Below, piece by piece: positions 43,631-52,772 of a stretch of DNA of 64,000 nt. Location: the IMG/VR virus record IMGVR_UViG_3300027754_000044; one strand, written 5' to 3'. A program made the position numbers and the translations under genes. This DNA comes from a virus. The notes beneath the pieces are model-generated. The model was given only the letters and a program-made list of their open reading frames with translations. It was not told the DNA's origin and did no database searches. Each line of letters begins with the position of its first letter. Positions within the stretch are counted from its first letter, which is position 1.

Positions 43631-43661
43631 ATTATACTCCATTGTGATTTAATTGTCAAGG
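43631..43661 (-). promoter_or_regulatory. Sigma70-type promoter for gp33-gp59
   Basis: CCTTGACAATTA, 17 nt, TATAAT; ATG 7 nt downstream. Confidence 0.8.
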
Positions 43662-44377
43662 TATTTTCCTGTTTCATTTCCTACGATTGCAATTCTTTCC
43701 ATCCATCTCGGGTAAGATGGGTCGAAATCGAAATGAACTTTATGCATCGTGCATCTGTTATCCCAAATAATTAAATCGTTTGGTTTCCATTTGTGAGTAT
43801 AGATATATTTTTCTTGCGTAACGTGATTTTTTAAAAACTCTACAAGTTCGTTTCCAATTTTATCTTGAAAATTCATTTTCAAATGTCTGTATGAAAAATA
43901 CAGATGTTTTTTATTTAGAGTCGGATGAGTCATCACTAATGGGTGTGAAATATCTTTTCTAACAATATTACGCCCATCATTTTTCCAATCACGTATTGTC
44001 CACAATGGATCTAAAAGATTTTTCATTTCGTCAGATAAATCTTTATATGCAGAAATTAAATCTAAGAGGGAAGTTTCTCCTCCAATCGGCGGAATCATTA
44101 CGCATCTGATTATTGTATATTTCGGAGGTGCCAATAAAAAACCATAATCTGTATGCCAGTATCCACCTATGTTATCATTAGATTTTCCATCGCCTACAAA
44201 TTTTTTCGCTGCTTCGTTTGCTAAACAAAACAACCATGGTTTATCTTCAGAATATTTGTTATAATCATGATAGAATTCTCCAAAAAATTTAGAAAAAGAA
44301 ACAAGTTTTTCTTGTGTATCGAATCCATCACGAAATATCATGACACTTGGATCTTCGAATGGAGTAAAATATTCCAT
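43649..44377 (-). CDS. TauD/TfdA-family dioxygenase
   Basis: WHTD...GGET...D...AY..LS, HPLV..HP, HKW.PNDLIIWDNRCTMH. Confidence 0.9.
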   Translation of the reverse strand: MEYFTPFEDPSVMIFRDGFDTQEKLVSFSKFFGEFYHDYNKYSEDKPWLFCLANEAAKKFVGDGKSNDNIGGYWHTDYGFLLAPPKYTIIRCVMIPPIGGETSLLDLISAYKDLSDEMKNLLDPLWTIRDWKNDGRNIVRKDISHPLVMTHPTLNKKHLYFSYRHLKMNFQDKIGNELVEFLKNHVTQEKYIYTHKWKPNDLIIWDNRCTMHKVHFDFDPSYPRWMERIAIVGNETGKYLDN

Positions 44378-44378
44378 G

Positions 44379-45209
44379 TCAATAAACCTTTAGTATAGGT
44401 TTATTCCATTTCGAAACTATTTCTGAATGGAATAGTTTATCTTTAGCGACTTCCTTAAAAAATTTTCGGTATTCATTTTTTATTTCTTCCGAAACATCGC
44501 GATGAATGTAGATAATATTTTCACCTGAGTATTTAAAGTCAGGAACAGTTTCAGAAATTGATGGTATTTCTTCTATACCTGGCATACGATGTGGAGATGT
44601 AACACCTAGCAATCTTAATTTGTTTGCTTTATATAGAGGCACAGCGCCGTTAACCGCAGCAAAGAATAGATCTACGCGTTCTTCTGATACATCTATCATT
44701 ATAGCAGCTTCGCCTCTAGTGCTAGGATATGGGATTAATGTATAATTCAGTCCTAACCTTTTAGTGTATAATTCTATCAATTCTTTTTTGGTTAGACCAT
44801 TTACTGCAAAAAACAAATCTTTCTTCATCTGAAATTTTGGCGAAGCAGTCAATACCCAATAGTGATCAGAAATATCAAAGATTTTTGTGAATGTATTTTT
44901 ATTGAACTTTCTTACCTCTGGATTTTCCAAAGTTGATATATCATAATCAGAAAATATTCCTAGAAATGACCCATCGGTCTTTGACTCGGCTAAAAGATTC
45001 ATTGCGGTAATACCTTCAGCTCCAGCTTTATAGATTAACGTGGGAGATATAGAATGACGTATCATGGATTCTTTTAGGGAAAGTAACATCTGATTTTTGT
45101 TCCCGCCGCTACCAGCATTCCCTGCATAAGTTATGATGTTGATTTTTTTAGGCAGTTCTGCGGCAAAACAAATATTACAAACCAAAATAAAACTCAAAAA
45201 AAATTTCAT
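44379..45209 (-). CDS. Bug/TctC tripartite tricarboxylate transporter substrate-binding protein
   Basis: Signal peptide; KAGAEG..A, DG, IPY, KLRLLGVTS..R.P....IPS..E. Confidence 0.78.
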   Translation of the reverse strand: MKFFLSFILVCNICFAAELPKKINIITYAGNAGSGGNKNQMLLSLKESMIRHSISPTLIYKAGAEGITAMNLLAESKTDGSFLGIFSDYDISTLENPEVRKFNKNTFTKIFDISDHYWVLTASPKFQMKKDLFFAVNGLTKKELIELYTKRLGLNYTLIPYPSTRGEAAIMIDVSEERVDLFFAAVNGAVPLYKANKLRLLGVTSPHRMPGIEEIPSISETVPDFKYSGENIIYIHRDVSEEIKNEYRKFFKEVAKDKLFHSEIVSKWNKPILKVY

Positions 45210-45213
45210 AAAT

Positions 45214-46227
45214 TTATATCTCTATTCGATTATATTTTTTAGGACTGTGTTGCATATACCACACATCGGGCCACGTTTCTGGTAGATCATTTTCGACATC
45301 ATACATATGACACAATTGTTTATATAACTCATCTATCCTATTATTTATAGCGGGGGGGCGAGGTTGAATTCTAAAATTCCAATCAATAGGATATAATAAA
45401 TCATCTTCCATACGAATAAGTTGCAAGCAGAAAGAAGCATTTCTGATTTTTTCGCTCTTAACGAAATTTCTTATAAATTGATTCTCTGGAATCTCATTAT
45501 AAAATCTCTTATTATCACCTATATGTTCTCGAGAATTTTTCCATATAGTGCTTCCCGCGCGAGTGAAATATACATCTGAATTAGAATTAACAACTCCATA
45601 AATTGTATAAATTTCATATTGAGAACTCATACATGCTCTCTGAATACAGTATCCATTTCTTGGATCTTTATTTTGAAATATAAATTCAAATTTTTTTCTA
45701 AATTGAGAAATATCCGAATCGATGTCGTTTAAAAATGCACTGACTGTTGCGTATGGTTTATATGAAAACTTTGGTTCTTTTGATCTAGGATTATTATCCC
45801 TAATATTTAAAACATTCACGCCGAGAGTTCCTATGATAGGCTTGATAATAAAATTATTTCCAGAAACATCATCTGCCGAATTAATTTTTCTAGTATCTAG
45901 GCAATTAAAACCAAATTGTTTTAGATAGTTTGGCATTATGTCTTTACGGATCAATTTTTCAGTAACGTCTTTTGGGTACCACTTGTTCGTTACAGAAGAT
46001 ATTTGCAAAGATAAATCATCTGACCATGCAAGATAAGCATAATCTACGTTTTTATTAAAACCGTCATATGTTTCATATTGAATATTATAGATGTCAAAAA
46101 AATCTTTTAACCCTTTTAAATAACTTAGATCATTTTGAAAAAAATTATCTTCTTCTCGTAATTTAAAATTATCTGCATTTTCTATTGCGTATTGAATATC
46201 TTTTGTAAAAAATGTTACCTTCTTCAT
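45214..46227 (-). CDS. ATP-grasp-like protein
   Basis: FIIKP..G..G, Y.IQ, Y.IDWNFR terminal motif. Confidence 0.6.
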   Translation of the reverse strand: MKKVTFFTKDIQYAIENADNFKLREEDNFFQNDLSYLKGLKDFFDIYNIQYETYDGFNKNVDYAYLAWSDDLSLQISSVTNKWYPKDVTEKLIRKDIMPNYLKQFGFNCLDTRKINSADDVSGNNFIIKPIIGTLGVNVLNIRDNNPRSKEPKFSYKPYATVSAFLNDIDSDISQFRKKFEFIFQNKDPRNGYCIQRACMSSQYEIYTIYGVVNSNSDVYFTRAGSTIWKNSREHIGDNKRFYNEIPENQFIRNFVKSEKIRNASFCLQLIRMEDDLLYPIDWNFRIQPRPPAINNRIDELYKQLCHMYDVENDLPETWPDVWYMQHSPKKYNRIEI

Positions 46228-46238
46228 CTAAAAATATC

Positions 46239-46742
46239 CTATGTCTTTTTATAAAAAATATGATTACCTATCGACCCGATTCTTTTCAATTTCCATTTTG
46301 GAGTTACAGATGCATTGTGGAAGAATAACGCACCGTCAGTGAAGTCGAAAATCCTATCCATCAAAATGGCTTTAGCTAAAAATAATGCACGTTCCCATTT
46401 TGCCGTGTCTAAAATCTTTTCTGGGCGACCGTCACAATACCATGAGAATTGACATTGATTTGTAAGAGGCTTACCTTTGGAATCATGTTTGCCTTCATAG
46501 ACGACTGAACATATATCCTTCGGGAACATATCGCTCATGGATCTATTTTTTACAACAAGACCGACAGCTAATTGACCAACTAGTGGTTCGTCTTTTGATT
46601 CAAAATATATTGCCTTGGCCATGCATTCCATATCCTTAAAATTCTCTTCAGAAAATTTCTCTTGCGCCATAGCTGAGATTGGAGATTGAGTGCACGATAT
46701 TACGAAAAAAATGCCGACTAAAAACCCGATGAAATATTTCAT
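46239..46742 (-). CDS. Cell wall hydrolase (SleB/Hydrolase_2)
   Basis: CMAKAIYFES..EP..GQLAV..VV.NR, CQFSWYCDG, TDGALFFH, IGNHIFY. Confidence 0.92.
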   Translation of the reverse strand: MKYFIGFLVGIFFVISCTQSPISAMAQEKFSEENFKDMECMAKAIYFESKDEPLVGQLAVGLVVKNRSMSDMFPKDICSVVYEGKHDSKGKPLTNQCQFSWYCDGRPEKILDTAKWERALFLAKAILMDRIFDFTDGALFFHNASVTPKWKLKRIGSIGNHIFYKKT

Positions 46743-46809
46743 CTTTTGTTTCCTCCTCTTCTTTGGACAAATCACTCCTGTCTTCTATACGATTAGGAAT
46801 AATGAATGA

Positions 46810-47120
46810 AAAACACAGGTTGTTTTGATGACAAGGAACAACCTGCAAATCCTCGTGAGTTTACGCCGCTAGGCGAAGTTCCTCATTGTAAAATGCGTCG
46901 TTTGCATTTAGAGTTTTGCTTCATTTACGTCGATCGCCTGACGTGCTGTCTGTTCCGCTACTCGTTTGCCCTGTCGAAACCTTATCGCCCCCATTATAAA
47001 TTATACTGAGTGTCGGATACAATTCCGCTCTTAACACTTTCGTGCCAATATAATTTATGGTGGAGGCGGGGGGAATCGAACCCCCGTCCAGAACACCTTT
47101 TACTTCACTTCATACAGCAA
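46810..47120 (-). ncRNA. ssrA: Circularly permuted (two-piece) tmRNA, tag ANDAFYNEELRLAA
   Basis: Acceptor piece ...GGGGGTTCGATTCCCCCCGCCTCCACCA ends at 47058 and precedes the coding piece starting GGGGGCG at 46992; G3.U70 pair; tag frame 46905-46861. Confidence 0.92.
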
Positions 47121-47475
47121 TTCCTGCCTGCCTGACTAAGAAATTAACATTTACTTGGTTGGGAGCAAAGTATTTATAAACAATATTTTGTACCATAGTT
47201 AAGTCGAACTCCTTACAAGAAAATATATCAAAATATGCAGTACCATCTAATTCCATAAAATGACCACAAATATTACTAGTTGTTATTAACTGCATCAAAC
47301 TATATCCTTGATTCGGATCACCGGGCAGAAGATATTCAATAATAGGTTCACCATGAGCGGTCATATTAATTTGACTAACTAATTCCTTAACAAATTGATA
47401 TATATTATCACGGCTGTTTATTTTAGAACAACCAGCACAATCTAACATCAAATGATATCCCCAACTTTTCATCAT
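47110..47475 (-). CDS. speD: S-adenosylmethionine decarboxylase (SpeD-like)
   Basis: WGYHLMLDC, GYSLMQLITTSNICGHF, YFDIFSCKEFD. Confidence 0.85.
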   Translation of the reverse strand: MMKSWGYHLMLDCAGCSKINSRDNIYQFVKELVSQINMTAHGEPIIEYLLPGDPNQGYSLMQLITTSNICGHFMELDGTAYFDIFSCKEFDLTMVQNIVYKYFAPNQVNVNFLVRQAGIAV

Positions 47476-48308
47476 ACTTTGTTTTCTTTAAACCAATTAC
47501 CAAAATATACACAATGATCTTCGTATCTATTCATAGATTTAAGTAATGGAAAATATTTTCCTTTTTGTTTTTCGGATGCTTCTATGTCTTGAAAATATAC
47601 GTCTTTCGATGTTTCAAAAATTAAACGACGTTCTACTCTCACAGAATCATCATAGTAAAATTGCATTGTCCAATCATAACCAAATTCACTAATATCATCT
47701 TTCGGAGTAACGTAATTAATCATAACGCATCCTGGATTTTCATATTCGATAAATACATAAGGAAATATGTATAACCACCAGCCAGATGGATGTGTCTGCA
47801 ATACCCATCCATCACCTTGATCTAAAATTAAATTATCTAAATTTATTTGTTTAGATAAAAACGGGTGAATCCCTCCCAAATATACATGCAGAAGATCAGC
47901 TTCAATATCCATAAGCCATAACCAACTTCCTGGACTACTCCCTTGAAGTGAATGACTGTATTTTAAATTTTTCTCTCTTGCCAAATCATTGACCCATTTA
48001 TGATTTGGCTCAATGAAATTTTTAAATATTAATCCAGATTTTCCAATACTTGCTTCTCCACAATGTATTTTTTTGGAATTGTTTAATGCTTCTCCATCTT
48101 TATCCCATTTAAAATTATGTAGTTTACATGTAATTTCATTTACGTGAGTTCCAGTGTCAGCCAAGGGATACAATCTATGTGGACAAAATCTACGAAATAA
48201 ATTTACGTTTATCCCATTTCCTTTATTTAAAATGTATTCTGAAACTACAAAATTGCCTTTTTCTAAAACAGATAGGTGAGCATAAATTTTAGGTGAAGAG
48301 ATAAACAT
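47472..48308 (-). CDS. Rieske [2Fe-2S] oxygenase alpha-subunit-like
   Basis: CPHR...CKLH Rieske ligands; D..H....H mononuclear Fe motif; QD. Confidence 0.78.
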   Translation of the reverse strand: MFISSPKIYAHLSVLEKGNFVVSEYILNKGNGINVNLFRRFCPHRLYPLADTGTHVNEITCKLHNFKWDKDGEALNNSKKIHCGEASIGKSGLIFKNFIEPNHKWVNDLAREKNLKYSHSLQGSSPGSWLWLMDIEADLLHVYLGGIHPFLSKQINLDNLILDQGDGWVLQTHPSGWWLYIFPYVFIEYENPGCVMINYVTPKDDISEFGYDWTMQFYYDDSVRVERRLIFETSKDVYFQDIEASEKQKGKYFPLLKSMNRYEDHCVYFGNWFKENKV

Positions 48309-48327
48309 TCAATTGATTTTTCATAAT

Positions 48328-48395
48328 ATTCCAGTTTGGATTCGAACCTTGTTCTAGTCTTGTCGATCTGCGCTTCCCACAGTGCTGACTGGAAT
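48328..48395 (-). other. tRNA-like element / degenerate tRNA
   Basis: ATTCCAGT/ACTGGAAT closing stem and a GGTTCGAATCC T-loop; no clear anticodon arm or CCA. Confidence 0.4.
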
Positions 48396-48404
48396 GTGTT
48401 TAAA

Positions 48405-48548
48405 CTACTTCTTTGCAGCGTCTTTCTTAGCTTCTTCTTTTTTGGCTTCTGCTTTAGGAGCATCTTTCTTTGCTTCGACTTTAGGTGCATCTGCAGCGAA
48501 AACTTGTGAAGCAAACATAGTAACGATAATTGCGATAAATGATTTCAT
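48405..48548 (-). CDS. Small secreted Lys/Ala/acid-rich peptide (47 aa)
   Basis: MKSFIAIIVTMFASQVFA-ADAPKVEAKKDAPKAEAKKEEAKKDAAKK; AAGGAG RBS and its own promoter. Confidence 0.75.
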   Translation of the reverse strand: MKSFIAIIVTMFASQVFAADAPKVEAKKDAPKAEAKKEEAKKDAAKK

Positions 48549-48572
48549 AAGAAACTCCTTAGTGGTTGTGAT

Positions 48573-48601
48573 ATTATACCATAATATAAAACAAATGTCA
48601 A
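48573..48601 (-). promoter_or_regulatory. Sigma70 promoter
   Basis: TTGACA-17 nt-TATAAT. Confidence 0.7.
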
Positions 48602-48643
48602 CATATATTTAACGCGCGAACAATAGATTCGTTGACAAGTAAT

Positions 48644-49321
48644 CTATTTATTATACTCTTTCAAAAAATCCATTAGAATTGACTCATATTCGTACCTTTT
48701 TCTCTCAAAAATTTGTGGCTGATCATCTTCTACAGCGATTGCTACTACAATATTAGGTGTATGAATTCCTGTTGCTTCCTCAAACATGATAGCATATGCG
48801 GTACACTGTAAAAAATAATCAAGTATCTGCGATTCTTCTTTCACGCGAGTAGAAGTTTTAATATCAATCACTGCGTTAGAATCTTTCCATGTTCCGATCA
48901 CATCTGTTCTTCCAGCAAGTCTAAGTGTGTCTGATATTAGTCCAATTTCTACTGCGCGAACAAGTTTCAAATTTTCTGCTATAATTGGTTCAAGAGTTCT
49001 AAACATTTCAATATTTAGGGGCATTTCTTTACGGGGATCTATCTGCTCATTCATGACGAATCGTTCTACCAATTTATGAACAGATGTTCCCCGCCTAGAT
49101 GCCCTTCCAGAAATTTTGTTGGCGTTTTCATTTCCGACGCGCTGACGCCACTCAGCTAGAGATTTCCTCTTTTCTTTTCTTCGACCAAGGACAGTTGTTA
49201 CTGATGCATATTTCTGTCCACCGGATCCAAGATAAAATCGTCCTTGTTCAGTTTGAGTTGCTTTAATCTCTGGAAGAGAAACAAGATCATGTTCAAAGTA
49301 TGTTGAAATCAAGTTTTGCAT
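48644..49321 (-). CDS. PD-(D/E)XK exonuclease
   Basis: Y.SVTTVL, RGTSVH..E, AGRTD, IDIKTS, YFLQCTAYA.MFEE. Confidence 0.88.
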   Translation of the reverse strand: MQNLISTYFEHDLVSLPEIKATQTEQGRFYLGSGGQKYASVTTVLGRRKEKRKSLAEWRQRVGNENANKISGRASRRGTSVHKLVERFVMNEQIDPRKEMPLNIEMFRTLEPIIAENLKLVRAVEIGLISDTLRLAGRTDVIGTWKDSNAVIDIKTSTRVKEESQILDYFLQCTAYAIMFEEATGIHTPNIVVAIAVEDDQPQIFERKRYEYESILMDFLKEYNK

Positions 49322-50027
49322 TAATATATTCTTTCACAAGTTCAGATCGACAAATGTCTTCTCTATTAAATTCTACAAACTGAAAACTCTTCATCGACTT
49401 TGCTACGTTCATAAATTTGGTGAGGCCTGCGCGTTCATCCTGTTTGTTCAAATCTGTTTGTCTAAAATCTCCGCAAAATATGATTCTACATCCATCCCCG
49501 CATCGGGTCATGATTGTATCTAGTTCTGCAAAATTTAAATTCTGGCATTCATCAACAAGAATTGTTGTGTTGTGGAAAGTTAAACCGCGAAGGAATGAAG
49601 TTGTTGAAAATTCTACGAAGCCTCTTTTCTTTAATTCTGAATATGCGTTTTTTAAATTAAACAATTCAGAACACAGTGAATGATATGGCTGTTCATATAC
49701 TGCAATCTTTTCTTCTAGGGTTCCTGGAAGAAATCCTATATCTCTTGTTGGCACAACTGAACGAATGATCATTACTGGTCTATCTTTCTTGCCAAGCAAT
49801 GCTAACTCTAGCGCGAGATATAGTGATATAAATGTCTTACCTGTTCCTGCTACTCCATGTAACATTAAATTTTTATTCGATCTAAATGCTTCAAATGTCT
49901 TTCTTTGATTCTCCGTAATTGGGTCTACTTTAAGTAGTGAAAAATTTGCATTTGATTCTGCAATCCTACGTTTTAATCTCTTTTTTATTTCTACGGAATT
50001 CTCAAAGAAATGGACGGATGCTTGCAT
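49293..50027 (-). CDS. phoH: PhoH-family protein
   Basis: GVAGTGKT, RDIGFLPG, SFLRG.TF, VDECQN, CGDFRQTDL. Confidence 0.93.
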   Translation of the reverse strand: MQASVHFFENSVEIKKRLKRRIAESNANFSLLKVDPITENQRKTFEAFRSNKNLMLHGVAGTGKTFISLYLALELALLGKKDRPVMIIRSVVPTRDIGFLPGTLEEKIAVYEQPYHSLCSELFNLKNAYSELKKRGFVEFSTTSFLRGLTFHNTTILVDECQNLNFAELDTIMTRCGDGCRIIFCGDFRQTDLNKQDERAGLTKFMNVAKSMKSFQFVEFNREDICRSELVKEYINAKLDFNIL

Positions 50028-50059
50028 TTACTTCTCCTCACGCTATGAGGGAGTCGTTT

Positions 50060-50296
50060 TCAATCGAATGTATTGATCGTGCTCCTTCTGTTATTTTTTT
50101 TAATCGTTCTTAGGATATCACGAAAATTTTCATCAGGTTTATTTGTTCCACTCTGAACGCCAGAGATAATACTTGGCGATGTGACGATCTTGACCTTAGT
50201 GGGATTGTTTTCTAGGTATGATTCTACCTCAGAATATTTCATAAAAACGTCTTCATCGACGTTTGTTATTGTATCGCGGAAAGTGTATGTAGGCAT
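50060..50296 (-). CDS. Small conserved T4-like protein (FmdB-like N-terminus)
   Basis: MPTYTF...YL..NP...F..IL..IK; upstream of phoH. Confidence 0.65.
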   Translation of the reverse strand: MPTYTFRDTITNVDEDVFMKYSEVESYLENNPTKVKIVTSPSIISGVQSGTNKPDENFRDILRTIKKNNRRSTINTFD

Positions 50297-50300
50297 AATG

Positions 50301-50852
50301 TTATTTAGCTAACTCCTCTTTTAGAAACCAGTCTGGGATATTTCTTTTGGTCCATCGTGCAATTTTCTTTTTGTGGTATAAATAATAATTCCGATATGCG
50401 GCAATAGAATCTTCTGTCTTACATTCGTCGGGCATCGCCTGCGGAAATTTAGTCAACGGTCCTTGTGGAATATTTTGTGGCACAGCTTTTAATATATCCG
50501 CCAATTTTGTTTCGGTCAAATGAGTTCGTCCATAGCGACTTGTATATTCTTTACAAAGATTTATAAATAAAGAATAGGCCCATTCATAATTTGAATTTGT
50601 GGTGCGGCACCATATCGTGCATGGATGATTAATGTGCGAGGCTTTATATAGGCTTTCCTCGCGTGAGTCACTCATGCGCCACCTAGTAATCTTTCGTCCA
50701 GTTTTGGTGGATGTAATTTCTGACACCCCATTAAGAATACGATGAGCAGTAGAAAGCATTTGAGCTTCTTCAAGAATCATTTTCACCACATGTCGATCGC
50801 AATGCATTTGCGACGCAATCACAGGATCTGAGTCTAGAATAAATCTATTCAT
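50301..50852 (-). CDS. Pyrimidine-dimer glycosylase (DenV)-related protein
   Basis: HCDRHVVKMILE.AQMLSTAHR, HINHPC..W, QAMPD, AYRNYY. Confidence 0.75.
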   Translation of the reverse strand: MNRFILDSDPVIASQMHCDRHVVKMILEEAQMLSTAHRILNGVSEITSTKTGRKITRWRMSDSREESLYKASHINHPCTIWCRTTNSNYEWAYSLFINLCKEYTSRYGRTHLTETKLADILKAVPQNIPQGPLTKFPQAMPDECKTEDSIAAYRNYYLYHKKKIARWTKRNIPDWFLKEELAK

Positions 50853-51540
50853 TTTTATATTCTTTAAAAATTGGAAGTGGAGCCATAAGTTTTATATTCG
50901 TATAACCAGTTCGAACTTGATCATATAGATCAGATAGACTGTGGTTATTAGAAATCACATAATCAAATTCAGTCGTAATCCATGCCCATTCAGATTCATG
51001 AACGTCTGGATACTTTGAATAGATCTCAGCCTGGGCAGCTTCATCTGATTTATAATTAAATAAAATCTTTTGAATTGGTTCATACCATTCTGGTTTTTCT
51101 CCACGATGAATCGACCACACATGTCCACCCAAGCGTCGAAGCATATCTATTTCATTTGGAAATCTAACATCAGAAATCACAACGCGATCATATTTCTGAA
51201 TAGTATTTTCTAATGCATATACCCATATATCTTTATGCAGAACTCCACGAAATAATTCAGTTCCAACATATTGGAGAGCATATCGTGGAGAGAAGTTTTT
51301 AATTTCTAAACGTGATGCCCACCATTCATCTACGCTTTCTCTGATACGACGTTCTTCAGCAGTCTTTCCTTCCAACATATCACGATCCCATCCGAATATA
51401 TCAGCGCATGCGTCTTTTAAGACCGCAGCAAAAGACAATCGAGTGAAATGATACCTTGCTACCAAATATTCAGCTGCTGTATCTTTTCCAGATCCAATTG
51501 AACCACATATACCAATTATATTCTTTGGATATGTGATCAT
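50845..51540 (-). CDS. Deoxynucleoside monophosphate kinase (gp1-like)
   Basis: GICG.IGSGKDT, FA..LKD, PRYALQYVGTE, ISDVRFPNE, H.SE. Confidence 0.92.
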   Translation of the reverse strand: MITYPKNIIGICGSIGSGKDTAAEYLVARYHFTRLSFAAVLKDACADIFGWDRDMLEGKTAEERRIRESVDEWWASRLEIKNFSPRYALQYVGTELFRGVLHKDIWVYALENTIQKYDRVVISDVRFPNEIDMLRRLGGHVWSIHRGEKPEWYEPIQKILFNYKSDEAAQAEIYSKYPDVHESEWAWITTEFDYVISNNHSLSDLYDQVRTGYTNIKLMAPLPIFKEYKNE

Positions 51541-51830
51541 AGCATTACATCTTGGAATCTCTGTGAAACTGGTTTAGCTGGTTCTGGTTTTGCGGCAATC
51601 TCAGGCTCTACGAATTGTGGAGGCAAAAATACATAAGCAATAACTTTCCGACCACCGTCGCGAACAGCTTCTAATTGCATTCCGGAATCATGACGTGATA
51701 GCCAAATAGCACTTCGCGCTACACGTTCAGATCCAGCAGCTTCAACAAGTTCCTCTACGGTGAATCGATTATTTCCTTTTTTCAAAAGCTCAGCCAACAT
51801 ACTCATTTTTTCATTACGCTTCATAATCAT
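51537..51830 (-). CDS. Hypothetical, possibly wHTH
   Basis: 97-aa ORF in an operon. Confidence 0.55.
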   Translation of the reverse strand: MIMKRNEKMSMLAELLKKGNNRFTVEELVEAAGSERVARSAIWLSRHDSGMQLEAVRDGGRKVIAYVFLPPQFVEPEIAAKPEPAKPVSQRFQDVML

Positions 51831-52014
51831 TCCCTTTCATTAAGTGATACATCTCTACAATTTCAGAACAACACTCTACCATCATCTCCAACGAAGATAG
51901 TTCTCTCGCAGTCAAATCCATATCTTTGAGTGAATTACAATGAGTCATTTCACCACGACAATCATCAAGATCCTCTAATGTGTTTTCAAATCTGCAATAC
52001 GACATATTAGACAT
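51814..52014 (-). CDS. Hypothetical protein
   Basis: MSNMSYCRFENT..DL.DC, a motif recurrent in phage ORFs. Confidence 0.6.
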   Translation of the reverse strand: MSNMSYCRFENTLEDLDDCRGEMTHCNSLKDMDLTARELSSLEMMVECCSEIVEMYHLMKGNDYEA

Positions 52015-52457
52015 TATTCTTCCTCTTTGGAATATCCGGCTGAAGTAAATCCGGTCTGCATTTTTTGTTCATCAGTCCAACCCTGAAGATAATCATTGTC
52101 TTTGTCAAACAAATCCAATGCATCTTTCTCTGAAATCACCCGATGCGAGACAATTGTTTCACCTAGATGTTTCTGACTAAATTCTTTCACATCCTCAGTA
52201 GTCACACTGTCTAAAGCATATTCAGATTTTCCTTTCGGAACTTCAACAACATACCGTTGACGAAATTGTGATATTGTTTCTACAAGAACCCATTCAGTTT
52301 CTATTTGTTTGGTTATCATAAAGCTACCATCCTTATTGTCTGTCCATTCCAATGTATCTCCTTCTTTCCAGCCTACTTCTTCTAACATTTCAGCAGTGAA
52401 CGGCATAATCAAATTACCGTATTCATCTTCTTCTAATTGTATAGTGTATTTACTCAT
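52014..52457 (-). CDS. AbrB/MazE-like N-terminal domain protein
   Basis: G.LIMPF...L.EVGWKEGDTLEW. Confidence 0.6.
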   Translation of the reverse strand: MSKYTIQLEEDEYGNLIMPFTAEMLEEVGWKEGDTLEWTDNKDGSFMITKQIETEWVLVETISQFRQRYVVEVPKGKSEYALDSVTTEDVKEFSQKHLGETIVSHRVISEKDALDLFDKDNDYLQGWTDEQKMQTGFTSAGYSKEEE

Positions 52458-52474
52458 CTTCACTCTCCTATTAT

Positions 52475-52762
52475 TTAATCCCAAGTCCGATGTCTTTCAG
52501 CAACATGTTCCATGCCATCATATTCATGGATATACCAGTCAACGTCCTCTGGTATTTCAACGATTTTAAGATCCGCATAGTTGTCCATCGCTTCCTCGCC
52601 TAGTTCTTCTACGACTTGAACTAAGGCTGAGTCGTCGCGGCAAATATCGTAAATATGAATTGTATCCACATCTTCGATTTTTTTGATTTCAGCATATCTG
52701 AACATTGCAGCGTCAGTCAATCCGAAACCACCATGGCATTTATTAATTACAATTTTTTTCAT
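52475..52762 (-). CDS. Conserved phage hypothetical protein
   Basis: KIVINKCHGGFGL, R.D..LVQVVEELG, YDG.E.V.E.HRTW. Confidence 0.7.
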   Translation of the reverse strand: MKKIVINKCHGGFGLTDAAMFRYAEIKKIEDVDTIHIYDICRDDSALVQVVEELGEEAMDNYADLKIVEIPEDVDWYIHEYDGMEHVAERHRTWD

Positions 52763-52772
52763 TCTTCAACTC

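Noticed and set aside
46806-47009. 67-aa + strand ORF
   Set aside because: Antisense to the tmRNA coding piece.
46988-47090. tmRNA halves as an attP/attL integration scar
   Set aside because: No integrase in the window; the halves pair and flank a self-complementary intervening segment, as in permuted ssrA genes.
48632-48657. + strand TTGACA...TATACT promoter
   Set aside because: The spacer is only 14 nt.
48644-49321. Cas4-like nuclease as evidence of CRISPR
   Set aside because: A stand-alone PD-(D/E)XK exonuclease next to phoH is typical of T4-like phages; no array or other cas genes.
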